DNA of 64,000 nucleotides from the human T2T-CHM13v2.0 reference genome, Homo sapiens, in contig CP068257.2 of the NCBI GenBank assembly GCA_009914755.4, forward strand, positions 32,928,001 through 32,992,000, given 5' to 3'. Below the pieces are notes generated by a model. That model was not told the origin of the DNA. It did no database searches and saw only the letters and a program-made list of their open reading frames with translations. Position numbers and translations under genes: made by a program. Positions within the stretch are counted from its first letter, which is position 1; every line of letters begins with the position of its first letter. Of the stretch, positions 27,613-42,326 are shown piece by piece.

Positions 27613-30059
27613 CTTGGCTTATCTGGACTCTCCTCCTAGATCCAAGCAAATGTCAGCTAAAAATTCTGCATGCAAGATGAAATTATTCTCTTGGGTGAAA
27701 TGTTGGTTTTACAACAGTGATCAAAGGATGCTTTTTGAAAACTGACTTGATGTAAATGGATAGATTTTTAGCAGAGACCATTCTGGGACCAAAAGTTCCC
27801 AACATCCTTTTTTTCTCGGTTCTTCTTGGGACACATTTTGGCATGGTAATGGTGAATGGGGCAGGGAGACACAGACAGACTAAGTCACAAACATGGAAAA
27901 AGGATTATTTAGCTAATCTTTTGTATTAACCATCACTGATGGAAATATTTTGCCTTCACTGAGTTCCCTCATCAATGTCCTGTTACCATGCTTGCCTTGC
28001 CAAATTTCAACCCTGCTCCTGCTCATAGGTTCCAATAATCGAACATTACAAAACCAGGCCAACTGGTCCCACTACAAATGCAGATAGGTCTTCAAGGCTC
28101 TGGGTCAAACTGCCAGTCACCACTTTTTTCCTCTGTACATGTTTCACACCTTCTTATGACCCCAAGTCTTCAGTCTAAGTAGGTGACCTCAACTTCCACT
28201 TTATAAAACTAGCAAGGCCAAGTGACTCGAGTTCACTGCTCCCCTGTGTGCTACAACATGTTCCTGCATCTGGACTCTTTCTTGGTCCTTTCTCTGGTAT
28301 GTCAATAAGGAGCATTCCTCTTCCTCCCAAAGATAATGCCATCTTTTGTTCCCTCAATTCTGCATCTTCCTGCCTCCTCCAAGGCCTTGCTTCATTTTAT
28401 AATCATGCCTACTTGTAATTTTTGTTGTCGCTGTTACAATATACATTGCTTTTCTAATTAGAAAACCGTCAAAATTATACGTGTCATGAAAACATATAAA
28501 GGAGGAAAATATAAGACATACAGAGTTCCTATTTAGGAGGCCCAGCATTACTAGGAGGCCCAGAAAGAACAGAAATCAAAGGGCAGAGCTTAAGGAACGC
28601 TACAAAAATCCTCAGGTTCTAAAGAAGATGAATTTTCCAATGGAAGGGACTCACCAAATGAAGCCTACTATGAATACAGACCCATGTGAAGACACATCCA
28701 CAAAGCATTTCAGAATATCCAAGACAAAGAAGGATGTTTCAAGAGAGACAAAAAATCAGTCATTTGCAAGGGAGTGGAAGTTGGACTGACATCAGTCTTT
28801 GCATCAGCTAAATTGGACACTATAAGCCAATGAGCTTTCCTAGAAGTTCTGAGAAACAATGTCCACTGGAGAAGTCTACCTGCAGATAAGCTATCAATCA
28901 AGCGTGAGGGTGAGATACTACGTATATTTTCAAGAAATCAGACAACTGACTTTTCATTCTCTTTTCTAGGGGAGAAAATATAAATGTAGTCCAGCAAAAT
29001 GATGGCATAAACCATAAAGGAGAAAGACATGAGATTTAGGATGCACTAGACCCAACTTAGGGACAGAGCGAAGAAGAGCCCCCAGAAGGTAGATCAGCCT
29101 CAGGTCCTGGGAAAAGCCAGTCCAGAATAGGAAACGTGAATAATAGAATGTTTGTCATAACTGAGAAGATACAAGAACTTGAGGATCTGATAAAGCACAC
29201 AATGCGTCAAAAAAAGATAATACAAACTCTAAGAAAAATAAAAATGCCATTCAAGAAAGTCAGATCCAAATATGAAGTAAAACGTGACATGAAATGATTT
29301 TCAGCAGTTGTTTGAGTGTAAACACGGAGTGTCTGTCTGCTTCCGCGGCTGAGCACGTTCTCCTCGGGTGCCTCCCGCGTCAGAAGCTAGACCTACTCAG
29401 AAGGAACGTAATCCTCACCAGCTGCTTAGCTGGCATCGAAGAACATTTTTATAGCTGTATTAGCATAAACCGTACTGACAACTTTTCAGGTTTTAGCGTC
29501 AAATTATGAATAAAACATGGACAATGGTTACGGCATCAAGTGTTAATCACCTAAATGTCAACGCATGGCTGATGGAGGCAGAACTGCACGGGCAGATGGG
29601 AATCAAGAAGAAATGGGAGGAAACTCACAACTGCAAAATGTGAGGGCATCTGCTAAAACTAGTTCATTTACATCAAATGTTTGCGAACAGCACCCGTGGG
29701 TCACTCTCTACCACATCTGGTCCTGGGGTTTCTCAGAGGATGTGGTCAGGAGCCTCTGTCTGCACAGCTACCTGGCCTTTCTTCAGGATCCGAGCCTGCA
29801 CAGTGTGCATCACAGGGCTCCATGGGAGCACAAACACAGTTCACCTTCTCCCCATCTGGAGCGGCTATGCTCATTTGCTAGTAGCAGCATTTCCCACTTC
29901 CCTCCTTTCCTCCTTCTCTTCCTCCTTCCCTCTTGCCTCTCCTACTTACTGAGCTTCTAGCGTATGCCAAGCACTATGGCTGAGACGGTCTTATTCTCAA
30001 GGCGAGCCCACTGAAAGGAGGTCAAACCTACAGCCCGGAGAATTGATGACTAGGGGTGA

Positions 30060-30290
<231 letters not shown>

Positions 30291-30424
30291 TAGGAAGATT
30301 GGTGACTGGACTTCCTAAGCGCAGTTCCATTAACAGCAACGACACGTGCAAAATGAGCTCCTGTAGCTGAACCTCAGAAGAAGAGACGAGACAGCGGTGT
30401 GTTAAGGGACCACTAGTGACCCCA

Positions 30425-30560
30425 AAAGGTGTCATTTAATCCTCAGGACAGCCCTGAGGTAGGCATTATTTTACAAATGAGGAAATAAACTCAAAGAATT
30501 TGGACAGGCCCAACTTAGGTCTGTCTAGCACTAGAGTCTGGGTTCCTTCCATCACACTGC
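30425..30560 (-). mobile_element. MIR SINE fragment
   Basis: 'cctgaggtaggcattattttacaaatgaggaaataaactcaaagaatttggacaggcccaacttaggtctgtctagcactagagtctgggttcc' resembles the MIR core region in reverse complement. Confidence 0.55.
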
Positions 30561-31878
30561 ATGGGATCCTTAACTCTGAGTGAGCCAGGGTCCTGTGGAA
30601 TTCTCCAAAACTGCTGTGCCCTATAATATGGTGACTGGAGGGGAAGAAATGCAGGAAAGCTTGTGGAAAATTTTTATTCATACCCAACAGCTCAACAATG
30701 TAGTTTACCTTAGATGATCCCTAAGGAACCACCCAGTGACATCATTCTCTGATTCCATAATTGTCCAACAAGTTCCTCCTTCTATTTCCCAATAAAAGCA
30801 CAGGGTTTTGCATTACCTTTGTCAGATAAGTGCAATAAACAAGTCACAGAGCTCTGCAGGTTCGTACCTGCACCACCCCTCTCTGGAGGCTGTGTCCTCT
30901 ACCCGAGCTGTTCTTTTCTGGCAATAAGAGTTGGGGCCCCTCCAACGGCAGGGATCTGGACAGCTTCCAGAGGAACCCAGGACAAGAGAAAAAGAGCCCC
31001 AGGGACACTGTCCAACTCGGACACAAACCCAAGTGTGGGGTGGGTGGCTGTGACACGTTCCAGGCTTGATGGTATTTTTCCCTTTACTTTAAATCAGTCT
31101 TTGATTGTCTTGTGTGCACACAGGAAGAATGATGAATATTAAAAATAAAACGCAAATCAGCCAGCAAGTAGTCTTTAGAAGAAATAAGTCACAGGAGGTT
31201 GAAAACAATGTACTAGCACTGGAGAAGTCTGAACATTTTGGTCAATGTCTGTGAATGTTTCAAAGTTTAAACTGGATGGAGTTTACTGAGACTCTAATCA
31301 CCGCTCAGCAAGAAATCTATGCTAATCACATCAATATTATAACACAAACAAGCAGGTGGAAGAAAATCCAAAGATAGCTAATGGATAATACTTTGTCTTT
31401 GGTTCAATTATAGGACTTGGTTTCTAAAGGAGCTGCTAACTCATTCATTCACTCATCAAACATGTATTGATCACATATAACATGGCAATGACTGTGCTAG
31501 GAGCTGGCAATACTAAAATTGTTTCTTCATTCCAGAACATCAGAGATTAGTTGGGAACAGAGTCACCCTCTACTGAGAAAAGGCCATCAGAAGGCCGGCA
31601 GGGGTCAGCTCCATGGAGAAGAGGTCTGGGGCATCCCAGGCGGAGGCAACTGCAGTTTCCATCCTACGGTGCCCTGTGTCCTGGGAACCTCAGGTAGTTG
31701 AGCACCACTGCACTAATGAGCTGAGTGAGGGAGAAGCAAGAGCTGAGACACAACAGGGTCCAAATGAGAGGCCTTATTCACAAAGTAAGGATTTTGAACA
31801 TTACCTTATGAACAACAGATAAGTACTGAAGAGTATCTAGAAACAGGATAGTGAGATGATGACATACATAGGTTTTTA

Positions 31879-32206
<328 letters not shown>

Positions 32207-33598
32207 TCAGGGAGCACTAGAGGGCCACTGAAGAGTGCCGGAGAGGAATCAGAATACCAGGTAGGAGCTGCTGCGTACTCCAGGCAGGAGTGTTACATGA
32301 AAGTGACTGAACCAAGGCAGTTATCCTGAGCACGGGAGAGTGGAAGCAGGCTGAAACATCACTGCTTAGGTGTGAAATCTATAAAACCTTTGGCTAATAT
32401 GTAGGAGTGAGAGGGAAGGTGCCAACAATATCTCCCCACTTTCTAGCACAAACAGTGGAGTGGATGGGAGAGGACAAAAGAGGGGCAGCAAGTTCAGGAA
32501 CAGATCAAGGCTCAGCTTCGGACACAGTGTGAAAAGTCTGCGGCATGACCGAGGGGACAGCCTGCTGGAAAGTCAGACAGCCAGGTCTGGAGCCCTGCAG
32601 AGGGGTGTGGACTGTCAGCCCACTGACTATTAGAAGTACAGGGACCAATAAGATGAGGAAACTGAGGGCACCAAGGTCACACAGTCCAGAGGACAACCAG
32701 CATGAAGGCCACATGCAAAAACACAAAAGAGCAAGAGGTGCGTTAGGGAATGTAAGATCTTATATTCTCCTTGACCCTCGTATCTCTGAGAGCTTACCTT
32801 ATGATTCTTCTCCCCTCACCTGCAAATATATAGCTTGAGTAGCAGATGAGGCAGGACATCATAACGCCCTCCATATTAAATGAGTTCCGTGAATAGACAG
32901 GATCCAGAAAATAAACCCATCTGTTTGATGCAGAACTAAGAACATTAGATTGAGAAACTTGAGGTCTCCTGCTGTAAGCAGCCATCAGCCAGCATCAGCC
33001 AGATCCCCTAGGAATCTGCATCAGAACAAACTACCTATTCTTATCATCTCTCCACTGGGCCTGGTCATCTGTGAGCAGGGTTCCCAGGCAGGTGATTGTC
33101 ACAGGGCGGCAGATCAGAACAGACAGACTAGTTCCAGACCAGGGTCAATTCCTGGTGTCTGCTCTGGTCTTGGTGGCCCCACTCTGGGCCCTGGGGGAAT
33201 GGACCTGCCCAGGGAGGAAGAGAGGCTTTGCAGATGGCCCTTTGCTAAGGGCTCTGGAAGAATCTCCTGAACTTTGTGGGTTCTCTAAGACACCCGCCCT
33301 GACAAGAGTGCCTTTCCAAGAGTGCAGGGCATGTTACCAAGTGTTACCAGAAGTGGTCTCGGTTGCTCTAAATACAGCGCCCAACAGAGTGGGTCCTCCT
33401 GGCCACTCGGTTGGGCTGTGGTCACACCATGCCTGGGAAGAGCGTAGCTGGGTTTCCCATCCCGACTCCAACAGTGACAGATTTGTGTGACTCCAGGCAA
33501 GGTCATCTACCCTTTGGGCCCCTGGTTCCTCACCTGAATAACAACACATACAACAAACAGACAAACAAAAACAAGCCAACAAAAAAAAGGACTTGCAT

Positions 33599-34108
33599 CC
33601 AGTGATTCTCAAATGTGGGGTCCCTCAAAGGTTTTTAGGCCAGTTGTTTAGGAACTGCTTGGAAGAGTTGTTAAAAATGCGATGTTATGGCCGGGCGCGG
33701 TGGCTCATGCCTGTAATCCTAGCACCTTGGGAGGCTGAGGTGGGCAGATCACTTGAGCTCAGGAGTATGAGACCAACCTGGGCAACATGGCAAAACCTAG
33801 TTTCTACCAAAAATACAAAAAATTAGCCAGGTACGGTGGTGCATGCCTGTAGTCCCAGCTACTTGGGAGGCTGGAGGCTGGGGTGAGAAGATCACTTGGG
33901 CCTGGTAGGCAGAGGCTGCAGTGAGCTGAGATTGCGCCACTGCACTCCAGCCTGGGTGACACAGCGAGAGTCCCACCCCCCAAAAATGCAATGTTAAAGA
34001 TAAAGGGTCCAGATCTTTGACCCCAGGCCTTGGGTAGCACCAGGGCATCTGAATTTTTAATAAGCTCTATAGGTGATTCTGATAAACAGCTAGATTTGGG
34101 ACCCACTG
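33599..34108. mobile_element. MER5-type hAT-Charlie non-autonomous DNA transposon, split by an Alu insertion
   Basis: The left end 'ccagtgattctcaaatgtggggtccc...ggccagttgtttaggaactgcttggaagagttgttaaaaatgc' and the right end '...cccaggccttgggtagcaccagggcatctgaatttttaataagctctataggtgattctgataaacagctagatttgggacccactgg' match the MER5A consensus ends ('cagtggttctcaaa...gtgattctgatgcac...') with terminal inverted 'ccagtg/cactgg'. Confidence 0.65.
33689..33981 (+). mobile_element. Alu (AluS-like) inserted into the MER5 element; 15-bp TSD 'aaaaatgc(g/a)atgtta'
   Basis: 'ggccgggcgcggtggctcatgcctgtaatcctagcaccttgggaggctgaggtgggcagatcacttgagctcaggagtatgagaccaacctgggcaacatggc...'. The TSD appears before at 33673-33687 and after at 33982-33996. 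Confidence 0.9.
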
Positions 34109-35768
34109 GACTAAATGATTACTAAGCTGCCTTCCATCTCTAGCAATGTATGACTCAATGCATGTATGTGACAAATGTTCATGACCAATTCAACAACCAG
34201 GTCCCAAAACCTAACCTAGTACAGTTGCATCACTCAGACATTACTTATGCTTGCTAATGAATCACTCTTAGGCTTTATAGAAAATAGAGTAAAATGAATT
34301 ATTCGAGAGTCTCAAAATAGACCCCAGTCTCCCATTTCCTTCAAATTACATTTTCTAAAACTGAAACACAGTACCAGCCACAACCCAGTCCTCAGAAGAG
34401 GAGAGCGACAGGTTGGCAGGTCCAGAGCCATGAGCCAGGCCACTGGTTTGCAGTTGTGACCTTGAGCAGAAGAATATTTTTTTCTTTAAAATTGCCTTTC
34501 CACTCTGTAAAATAGAAATAACCACTGCTAACCTATCTCCTAGGGCTGCTGAGAATCCACAGGGAAATTACTATCCGTCTGATTCTCCCACTAACACCCG
34601 GTGTCAGAGAACAGAGGGGAAAGTGTCACAGTGCATTACTTTCAGACCCACCGTGTCTGCACAAATATTTCAATGGTTCAAAATAAAAAAGAGCCCAACC
34701 AAGGATTCCCAGTGAGAATGGAAGAGGCCCTGTTTGATTTACTTTCCTGGGAAGTCAAGCCCAGCTTTAGAGCATCAGGAACCATCTTATCTACCCCCGG
34801 GTATGCTAGAGACAGAGGCCGGCCTGCACAGCCTGGTCAGCAGTTGCAACTTTCTTTAGCTAAACCTGCTGGCATTCAGGCCTGATAGTAGGCAGGGTCA
34901 GCGCAAATGGAAAGAATGACAGTGTGTCCTTCCACCTTCCTGAGGCCCTGGCTGATATGGAAACTGGCTGGCACGGGTGGCCATGGAAAGTATGAATCCA
35001 GGCTTGCCTAGGGTTGAATGAGTGAGGAATGATCAGATCAGGCCTGTGTTAAAATATCACCACAGCTCACTTGCCCGGCTATTATCCAGTCACGTCCTCC
35101 GGGTTTCAGGAATGAGATGCTGCAACCCGAAGCAGCTGGAGACAGTGTTTGCAAAAGCAGGCCAGGCAGGCTCCTTGGAGCTGAAGCTGGGTGGAGAGAT
35201 GGGTGTGGTGACTGCCTGCACAGACAGACACCTGTGAAGGGCTGACTTGGCTCCCGGATGCTTTCTCTACAGTTCCTCACCTTTGTGCATGGCTCACCAT
35301 GATCTCCGCCCCACTCTATAGATGAAGGAATCCTTCCTAGAGAGGTCAAGTGTCTGGCTGGTGCTTGCACGAAGAAGGGACCCAAATCCAGGACCCTGTG
35401 ATATCCCTCCTGGCCTTGCAAACTTTCTAGCACCTGGCTGTCTCGTGCACCTACGTATGCACATGGATGCTGTAAATCAAGGCAAAGCACAGGCAGGCAG
35501 GCAACACAGGGGAGGTCTATGGAAAAGGAGGGGTGAGAAGGAAGAAGAGAGTTTTAGGCCAAAAGCTCAAAAATGTTCTTTAGACAAGCACTAGGAGAAC
35601 CACCCAGAAGTCACGAGTCGGGAGTTCTAAGTCCTTGTGGAGATGGACCCACCGTTGTCTCAGAGATGCCTTAGTCTCTACAGGGAAAACCACTGAAAAT
35701 GCCTTCTAGACTGGAAAGTCTAAATAACTAAAATGTTTTCACTTCTCTAATAACTTTTTTTTTTAAGG

Positions 35769-35887
35769 TCTTAGAATGGAAAGATCCCTATTCCAACGTC
35801 CCAACCAAATCAAGATGCTGTTTCTAGGGTCCAATCCCTATTCCAACATCCCAGCCAAATCAAGACGCTGTTTGTAGGGTCCAAACT
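35769..35887. repeat. Tandem duplication, 2 x ~49 bp
   Basis: 'gatccctattccaacgtcccaaccaaatcaagatgctgtttctagggtcc' is followed by 'aatccctattccaacatcccagccaaatcaagacgctgtttgtagggtcc'. Confidence 0.85.
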
Positions 35888-36090
35888 GCCTCTGCTTAGG
35901 CAGTTCTCAGACTGGGTAGAGAAAGGAAGACTACAAGTTAAGGAGTATTCAAAAACAAAACAAAATGAGTATCTCAGAGAGCTGAAAAATGAATTGCTGT
36001 TGCCCCCAAAGACCCTTTCAGTCTGAGGAAGTATTATTCATGCCCCTCTGCCCTCATACCTGAAAAGCCCCCTCAAATCAAAGATGAGGA

Positions 36091-36122
36091 ATAAGAGGAA
36101 GAAGAAGGAGGAGGAGGAAACA
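36091..36122. repeat. (GAA/GAG)n purine-rich simple repeat
   Basis: 'gaggaataagaggaagaagaaggaggaggagg'. Confidence 0.8.
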
Positions 36123-37650
36123 GAATAAATCCCCTGCTCCACGTCTCTGGTTATGGCAGTCAAGCAAGCCTAAAAGAAAAACAGCCATCATTCCCAGGGT
36201 CAATGCCAGTGTATATGAGGAAAAAAAATCACTAAAAATGTAAAGCCTCCATTGCCTACAGGCCCTAAAAATATTACACACTATCAGGGCACTTTGCATG
36301 AAAGTTTTAATACCGTTATTCATGAAAAAAATCTTTGAAAAAAAGGCAGCCCAGGAAGTGGCTGGCCTACATGTGGACCAAAAGGCAGGCTGAGAAGCGT
36401 GTCTCCCACGGGCTCTACAGTACTCTTGCAAAGCAACTGCCTCTCCATTTAGGTCGCAGAATTGGGGACTAGCCTTGTTAGTGACCTCCCAACTCTAAAT
36501 TTGCTATCAAAATGCCAACAGGGCCGATCTCTTTCAAGCCAGACGAGTCATCTACCCTTGTGGGTAGCTTCTCAACTCATCATCCAAGGCAAGGTGTATT
36601 CTGGGCACGAGGTAGGGGAAGATGCAAGTTTCTCCCGGGGGTTGCTTTGGACCTAAAGAGGGGTCTATGCTCATTACCAAAGGCAGTCTGCCCAGCATAA
36701 CCTTTGACACCACGGACTCACTTGAGCCACAGAATGTCATTTATCAATTTAATACATATTCATGAAGCAAGTGCTATTCTTAGGTACTAAGAACTTCCAA
36801 GCTCCTAAGGTACTGGGCACCTAGTGGTAAATGAGACAAAAGCCTTCGTGAAGCTGACGTTCTAGCAAACACAGACAACAGGCAATTATATACCCTGATG
36901 TTGGGGAGTGACCAGTGCTATGAAGACACTTTGAGGACAGATGGTCTGGGGTGGGGGGAATGGTGCGCTCGCTTAGCTAGGGGCTCGGGAAGACATTTCT
37001 GAGGAAGGAGCATCTGGGCAGCGACCTGGGAGGAGTGAGGGAGTAAGCCATGTGGGTATCTGGGGGAAGAACCTTCCGGGAATTCCAGGCTTTGAGGAAG
37101 GGACCACACTTGGCACATGGGAGCAGTAGCAGCAAGGCCAGAGTAGCCCAGCTGTGGTATTGGAGACGCGAGGAGGAGCTGAATCTGGAGAGGGCAGAGC
37201 GGGCCACGTCCTCACATGCCCAGGCAAGCATCTGGAGCCCGCGCTAAATGTGCTCAGAGGACTCAGAGCAAGAGAGTGGCCAGGTTTGATTCATGTTTTC
37301 AAAACACCACTGGCTGCTCCATTGAGAGGCAGAGCTCCAGAGTGACAAGAGGGAAGCAAGAATGGGGAGGCTTCCGCGATAACACAGGCAGGGGAGGACA
37401 CTGGTTTAGACAGGGGTGAGAGAGGGAGGGTAAAAAGCAGAGGAGCCCAGAACATCATCTGAAGAGGCACCCAGGACTGGCTGCTGGGTTGGCTGTGCGG
37501 TGTGGAGATGGAGGCTGATGCCATTCTAAAGAGTGTCAGAGAGAGAGAGAGAGCCTCTTGCTGGTTGTTTTAGGAACAACAGTGTTGGCTAATAAATTCC
37601 TGCAGACACTCTGAATATAACTGAGAGAGCTCAGCTGGCTCTAACAGCAT

Positions 37651-38340
37651 TATGGACTGAACTATGTTCATGTCCTTCACTCCCCACAAGTTTATGTGTT
37701 GAAGCCCTAACCATCAGTACCGTAGAACTGGACTACACAGTTGGCGATAGGGCCTTTTTTTTTTTTTTTTTTTTGAGACAGTTTCACTCTTGTCGCCCAG
37801 GCTAGAGTGCAGTGGTGCAATCTCAGCTCACTGCAACCTCTGCCTCCTGGGTTCAGCGATTCTCCTTCCTCAGCCTCCCAAGTAGCTGGGATTACAGTTA
37901 GGTGCCACCATGCCTGGCTAATTTTGTATTTTTAGTAGAGACAGGGTTTCACCATGTTGGTCAGGCTGGTCTCAAACGCCTGGCCTCAGGTGATCCACCC
38001 ACCTCAGCTGGAGATAGGGCCTTTAAAGAGGCAATTAAGTTAAAATGAGGTCATGAGGGTGGGGCCCCAATCTAATCTGATCGGTGTCTTTGTAAGAGGA
38101 GAGAATGTGGACACATAAAGGGACACTAGGCATGTGCGTGCACAGAGGGAAGACCATGTGAGGACACAGGGAGAAGGCAGCCGTCTACAAGCCAAGGAGA
38201 GAGGCCTCAGGAGGAGCCAAAGCTGCCGGCACCATGATCTCGGACTTCCAGCCTCCAGAACTGTGAGAGAAAAAAGGTCTGTCGTTTAAGCCCCCAATCT
38301 GTGGTATTATGTTAGAGCTGCCCTAGCACACTGATAGAGA
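37651..38340 (+). mobile_element. ERVL-MaLR-type solo LTR (MLT1/MST-like), interrupted by a 5'-truncated Alu
   Basis: 5' part 'tatggactgaactatgttcatgtccttcactccccacaagtttatgtgttgaagccctaacc...' and 3' part '...gggcctttaaagaggcaattaagttaaaatgaggtcatgagggtggggcc...cttccagcctccagaactgtgagagaaaaaaggtctgtcgtttaagcccccaatctgtggtattatgttagagctgccctagcacactgatagaga'. Confidence 0.65.
37755..38008 (-). mobile_element. 5'-truncated Alu (minus) inserted in the LTR; TSD 'gatagggcc'
   Basis: 'tttttttttttttttttttgagacagtttcactcttgtcgcccaggctagagtgcagtggtgcaatctcagctcactgcaacctctgcctcctgggttcagcgattctcc...tggtctcaaacgcctggcctcaggtgatccacccacctcagc'. It is flanked by 'gcgatagggcc' and 'ggagatagggcc'. Confidence 0.9.
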
Positions 38341-38467
38341 TAGCCTCAATTTTGCTTTGAATTGCTATGAGTTGACAAAGTTAACCACAAGTTAGAGACC
38401 CCATGACCATATCAGCCACTGCAGAGACCTGAAGGCTGACCACTGAAAAAACTACACCCTCCTATAT

Positions 38468-38530
38468 CACACACACACACATACACACACACACAATTTA
38501 TTATTACACACACATACACACATATTTGTT
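38468..38530. repeat. Imperfect (CA)n microsatellite
   Basis: 'acacacacacatacacacacacacaatttattattacacacacatacacacatat'. Confidence 0.85.
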
Positions 38531-40038
38531 ATTGATTATAATCATAAAGTCTAACTATGAGTTTCTGTTTACTCCCAATTAACTTGGAACAACTTTTCTT
38601 TGAGCCTCCTCCTGAATGGAATAAGGGAATGGTTGTTCCTGCTCCTACTTGGATTCCTGAAGATAGGACTGGCCAAGGACAGCCTGGAACAATCACAGCC
38701 TGCTGCTGTCATCGTGCAACAATTTGTTGCCTGTATTCTAGACGCAGAAAAATCTCACAGCTTATTTCAAGTAATCTCTATTAATATCCCTCCCTGGCCC
38801 TCAAAAGATATTAAGAATCCAAAGGGAAATCAGAAACTCAATTGTGCTAGAAATAGCCAAACTGTCTCATTCAGAATGCATTCACCAAACAACTTCAAAG
38901 CAAAATGATGATGAAAAATAAGCCTTCCAACACCAGAGTATTTCTCTTTTTGAATGTTTCTACCACATCTAAGAAAACAGATGTCACCATGGTTAAAAAA
39001 AAAATTGTACCTTGCAAAAATAAAACTTCATAATGATAGTTCGTTCTTGTGAATAAATCCTCAAATACATCCCTCTTGCAAAAAAGGTTTTCTCTTACTG
39101 ACCACTCTTCTTCCATCACTGACTGCAGTGGAAAATTACATTCCACTGTGAAATATAATCCTGTTGATAGTAACACCTATTGAGGTTTTCATCAAATTGC
39201 TAGATGAGATGGTGTAATTAGGGACAGCCAGGGGGAAAACTACAAAGGACACAGAGGACGTCAGTCCAAAGGAGGTAAAAACTGAAAAGATAATACCTTC
39301 CTCAAACCATTGCAGAAGCGTGTACCTGCTTGCCTGGTGACAAAGTCTTTTTGAAAATCAACCTGTACCCATAATTCTGCTTTCTGACTTTCACCAGAGG
39401 ATTCATAAGAGCATCCTGAATCCAAATAACAAAATTAAATATACACTAACCACCCGTCCTTAATCGCTTCATGTAAATCTGTGGCATTAGAAACTGAAAA
39501 CAAAAATTATCTGAGGGTCATGTTTTGCTATGCATTTAATGGATATTACTTCTGCCTGCTCCAAGGGCAATGTTCAGTTTCCACAAACAGTGTAGTTTAT
39601 TATGAAAAATAATTTATAAATCATTCTTGTTTAAAACAAAATTTTTTTAGGAGAATTAGTAACAGAATTTCAAAAAAGTTGAATAATTTCTAAAGATTAA
39701 GATTTCAACTTCACTCTTTTAATGTATTTAAGGTAATAATCACTTACTTTGGTGATTATTTATAACATTAACAGCTCTAAGAGGCCTTTAAGGGCCATTT
39801 TGTTATACAAAAAAGAAACACATTTATAAGCATTCTTAGAATAATGCTAATGTCATTAGCTACAGAAGCAGCACATGCTAAGATATCAGCTTTAATTTTA
39901 AATTCATATTAGACCTTAATAAAATAAGTCAAGGATGCATTTTGTAATATCTAGAATAACCACTAAAAGAACAGTAATGTCTAACAGGCAAGTTAGTAGA
40001 GGGGGAAAATGAAACAATTTTTAAAAATACATAATTCA

Positions 40039-40477
<439 letters not shown>

Positions 40478-41246
40478 TCATGCAAAATAGACTTTAAGAC
40501 AAGAAGCATTACTAGCAAAAAAGATGGACATTTAATAATAAAAAAGGGTCAATTTGCCAGGCTGATACAACAATCCTAAATCTGTATATATCCAATAATA
40601 TAGCCTCAAATCTATATGAAGGAAAAGCTAGCAGGACAAAAAGGAGAAATCAGCAAATCCAAATCATGGTGGGAAATTTTAACACACTTCTCTCAGCCAC
40701 TGATAAGAATAGACGAAATTCAGTAAGGCCATAGATGACATAAACAATACGAATAACAAACTTAACCCAACTGTCTATATACGTTGTTGTTACATGACTG
40801 CATCTATATATGTTGTTGTTAAGAAGGCATATTTTTTCAAGTGCACATGAAACACTTATCAAAACCGACTTACTGTTGAGCTACAAAGCAAGTCTGAAAA
40901 AATGTCAAAGGACTGAGAGTGTTTTCTGATCACATAATGGAATTACTCTAGGAATCAATAACATTAAAAAAAAAACCCCAAATGTTTATGAACAAAGTGA
41001 TACATTTCTAAACAATCTACAGATCAATGAAGAAATTATACTGGAAATCAGAAAATATCCTGAATTGGAAAATAATAAGGATATGACATATCAAAACTTG
41101 TAAGATGCAGCAAAAGCCATACTTAGAGGTAAATTTCTAGTCTTATGTGAATATATGGGATAAGAAGACTAAAAATTAATGATTTACATATTGATCTTAA
41201 AAAGCAAGAAAACAGAACAAGAGATTAAAGAAAGTAGAAGGAGAAA

Positions 41247-41604
<358 letters not shown>

Positions 41605-42326
41605 TCAAATGTTGACTTTTCAAAATATTAATACATTTAATAAACCTCTGACAGGACTGATGAAGAAAAGAGCACAAATTGTCACTACCAGGATTGAAAA
41701 AGGAAACATAACTACAGGTCCTACAGATATTAGAAAGCCTATATAAATATTATGCCAATATATTTAAGATTTTAAGTAAAATGGACTACTTCCTAGAAAA
41801 ATACAACTTACAAAAATGACAGAAGAGAAAATCAATTGGTTCTATATCTATTTATAAAACTGAATATTTAATTAAAAACATTCTCAAAAGAAAACTCTAC
41901 ACCCAGATATCTTTATCAGTGAAATCTCCCAAACACTTAAGAAATAATATGAATCCTACATCAACTCTTCAATACAGGAAACAAAAGGAGGGGCCCTTTC
42001 TACTTATTTTATGCTTTTAGCATAACCTTGATCCTGAAACCTGAGAAAAATATTATAAAAAAGAAAAGTGATCAGCCTATATCTTTCATGAACATAAACA
42101 TAAAATTACAAAATGAAAATAATAGTAAAACAAAGCCAGAGTCATAAAAAAGAATACTGTACTATAACCAAGGAAAAGTGAATATATATATGTTAAAATA
42201 CATGTAGGAGATTGTTACTGCAGCATTATCATAATACTCCCAACTGGAAAAGTCAAATGGAAATGTGATATATTCACACCACAGAATAGAAACAACAATA
42301 AAAGTGAACTACTATGACATGTATAA

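Noticed and set aside
29290-29620. Considered a NUMT or a small structured RNA gene (5S, U6, 7SK, Y, vault, tRNA) as the explanation for the CpG-rich patch.
   Set aside because: I could not match the sequence to human mtDNA segments or to any of those RNA consensus sequences from memory. I kept it as an unexplained CpG-retaining element in the findings.
36900-37560. GC/AG-rich 650-bp block with several overlapping ORFs (36973-37231 minus x2, 37050-37419 plus x3).
   Set aside because: The overlapping-ORF pattern indicates a compositional artefact. I could neither assign a repeat family nor see coding features, so it is not reported as a feature. It may be an ERV-internal or old repeat remnant.
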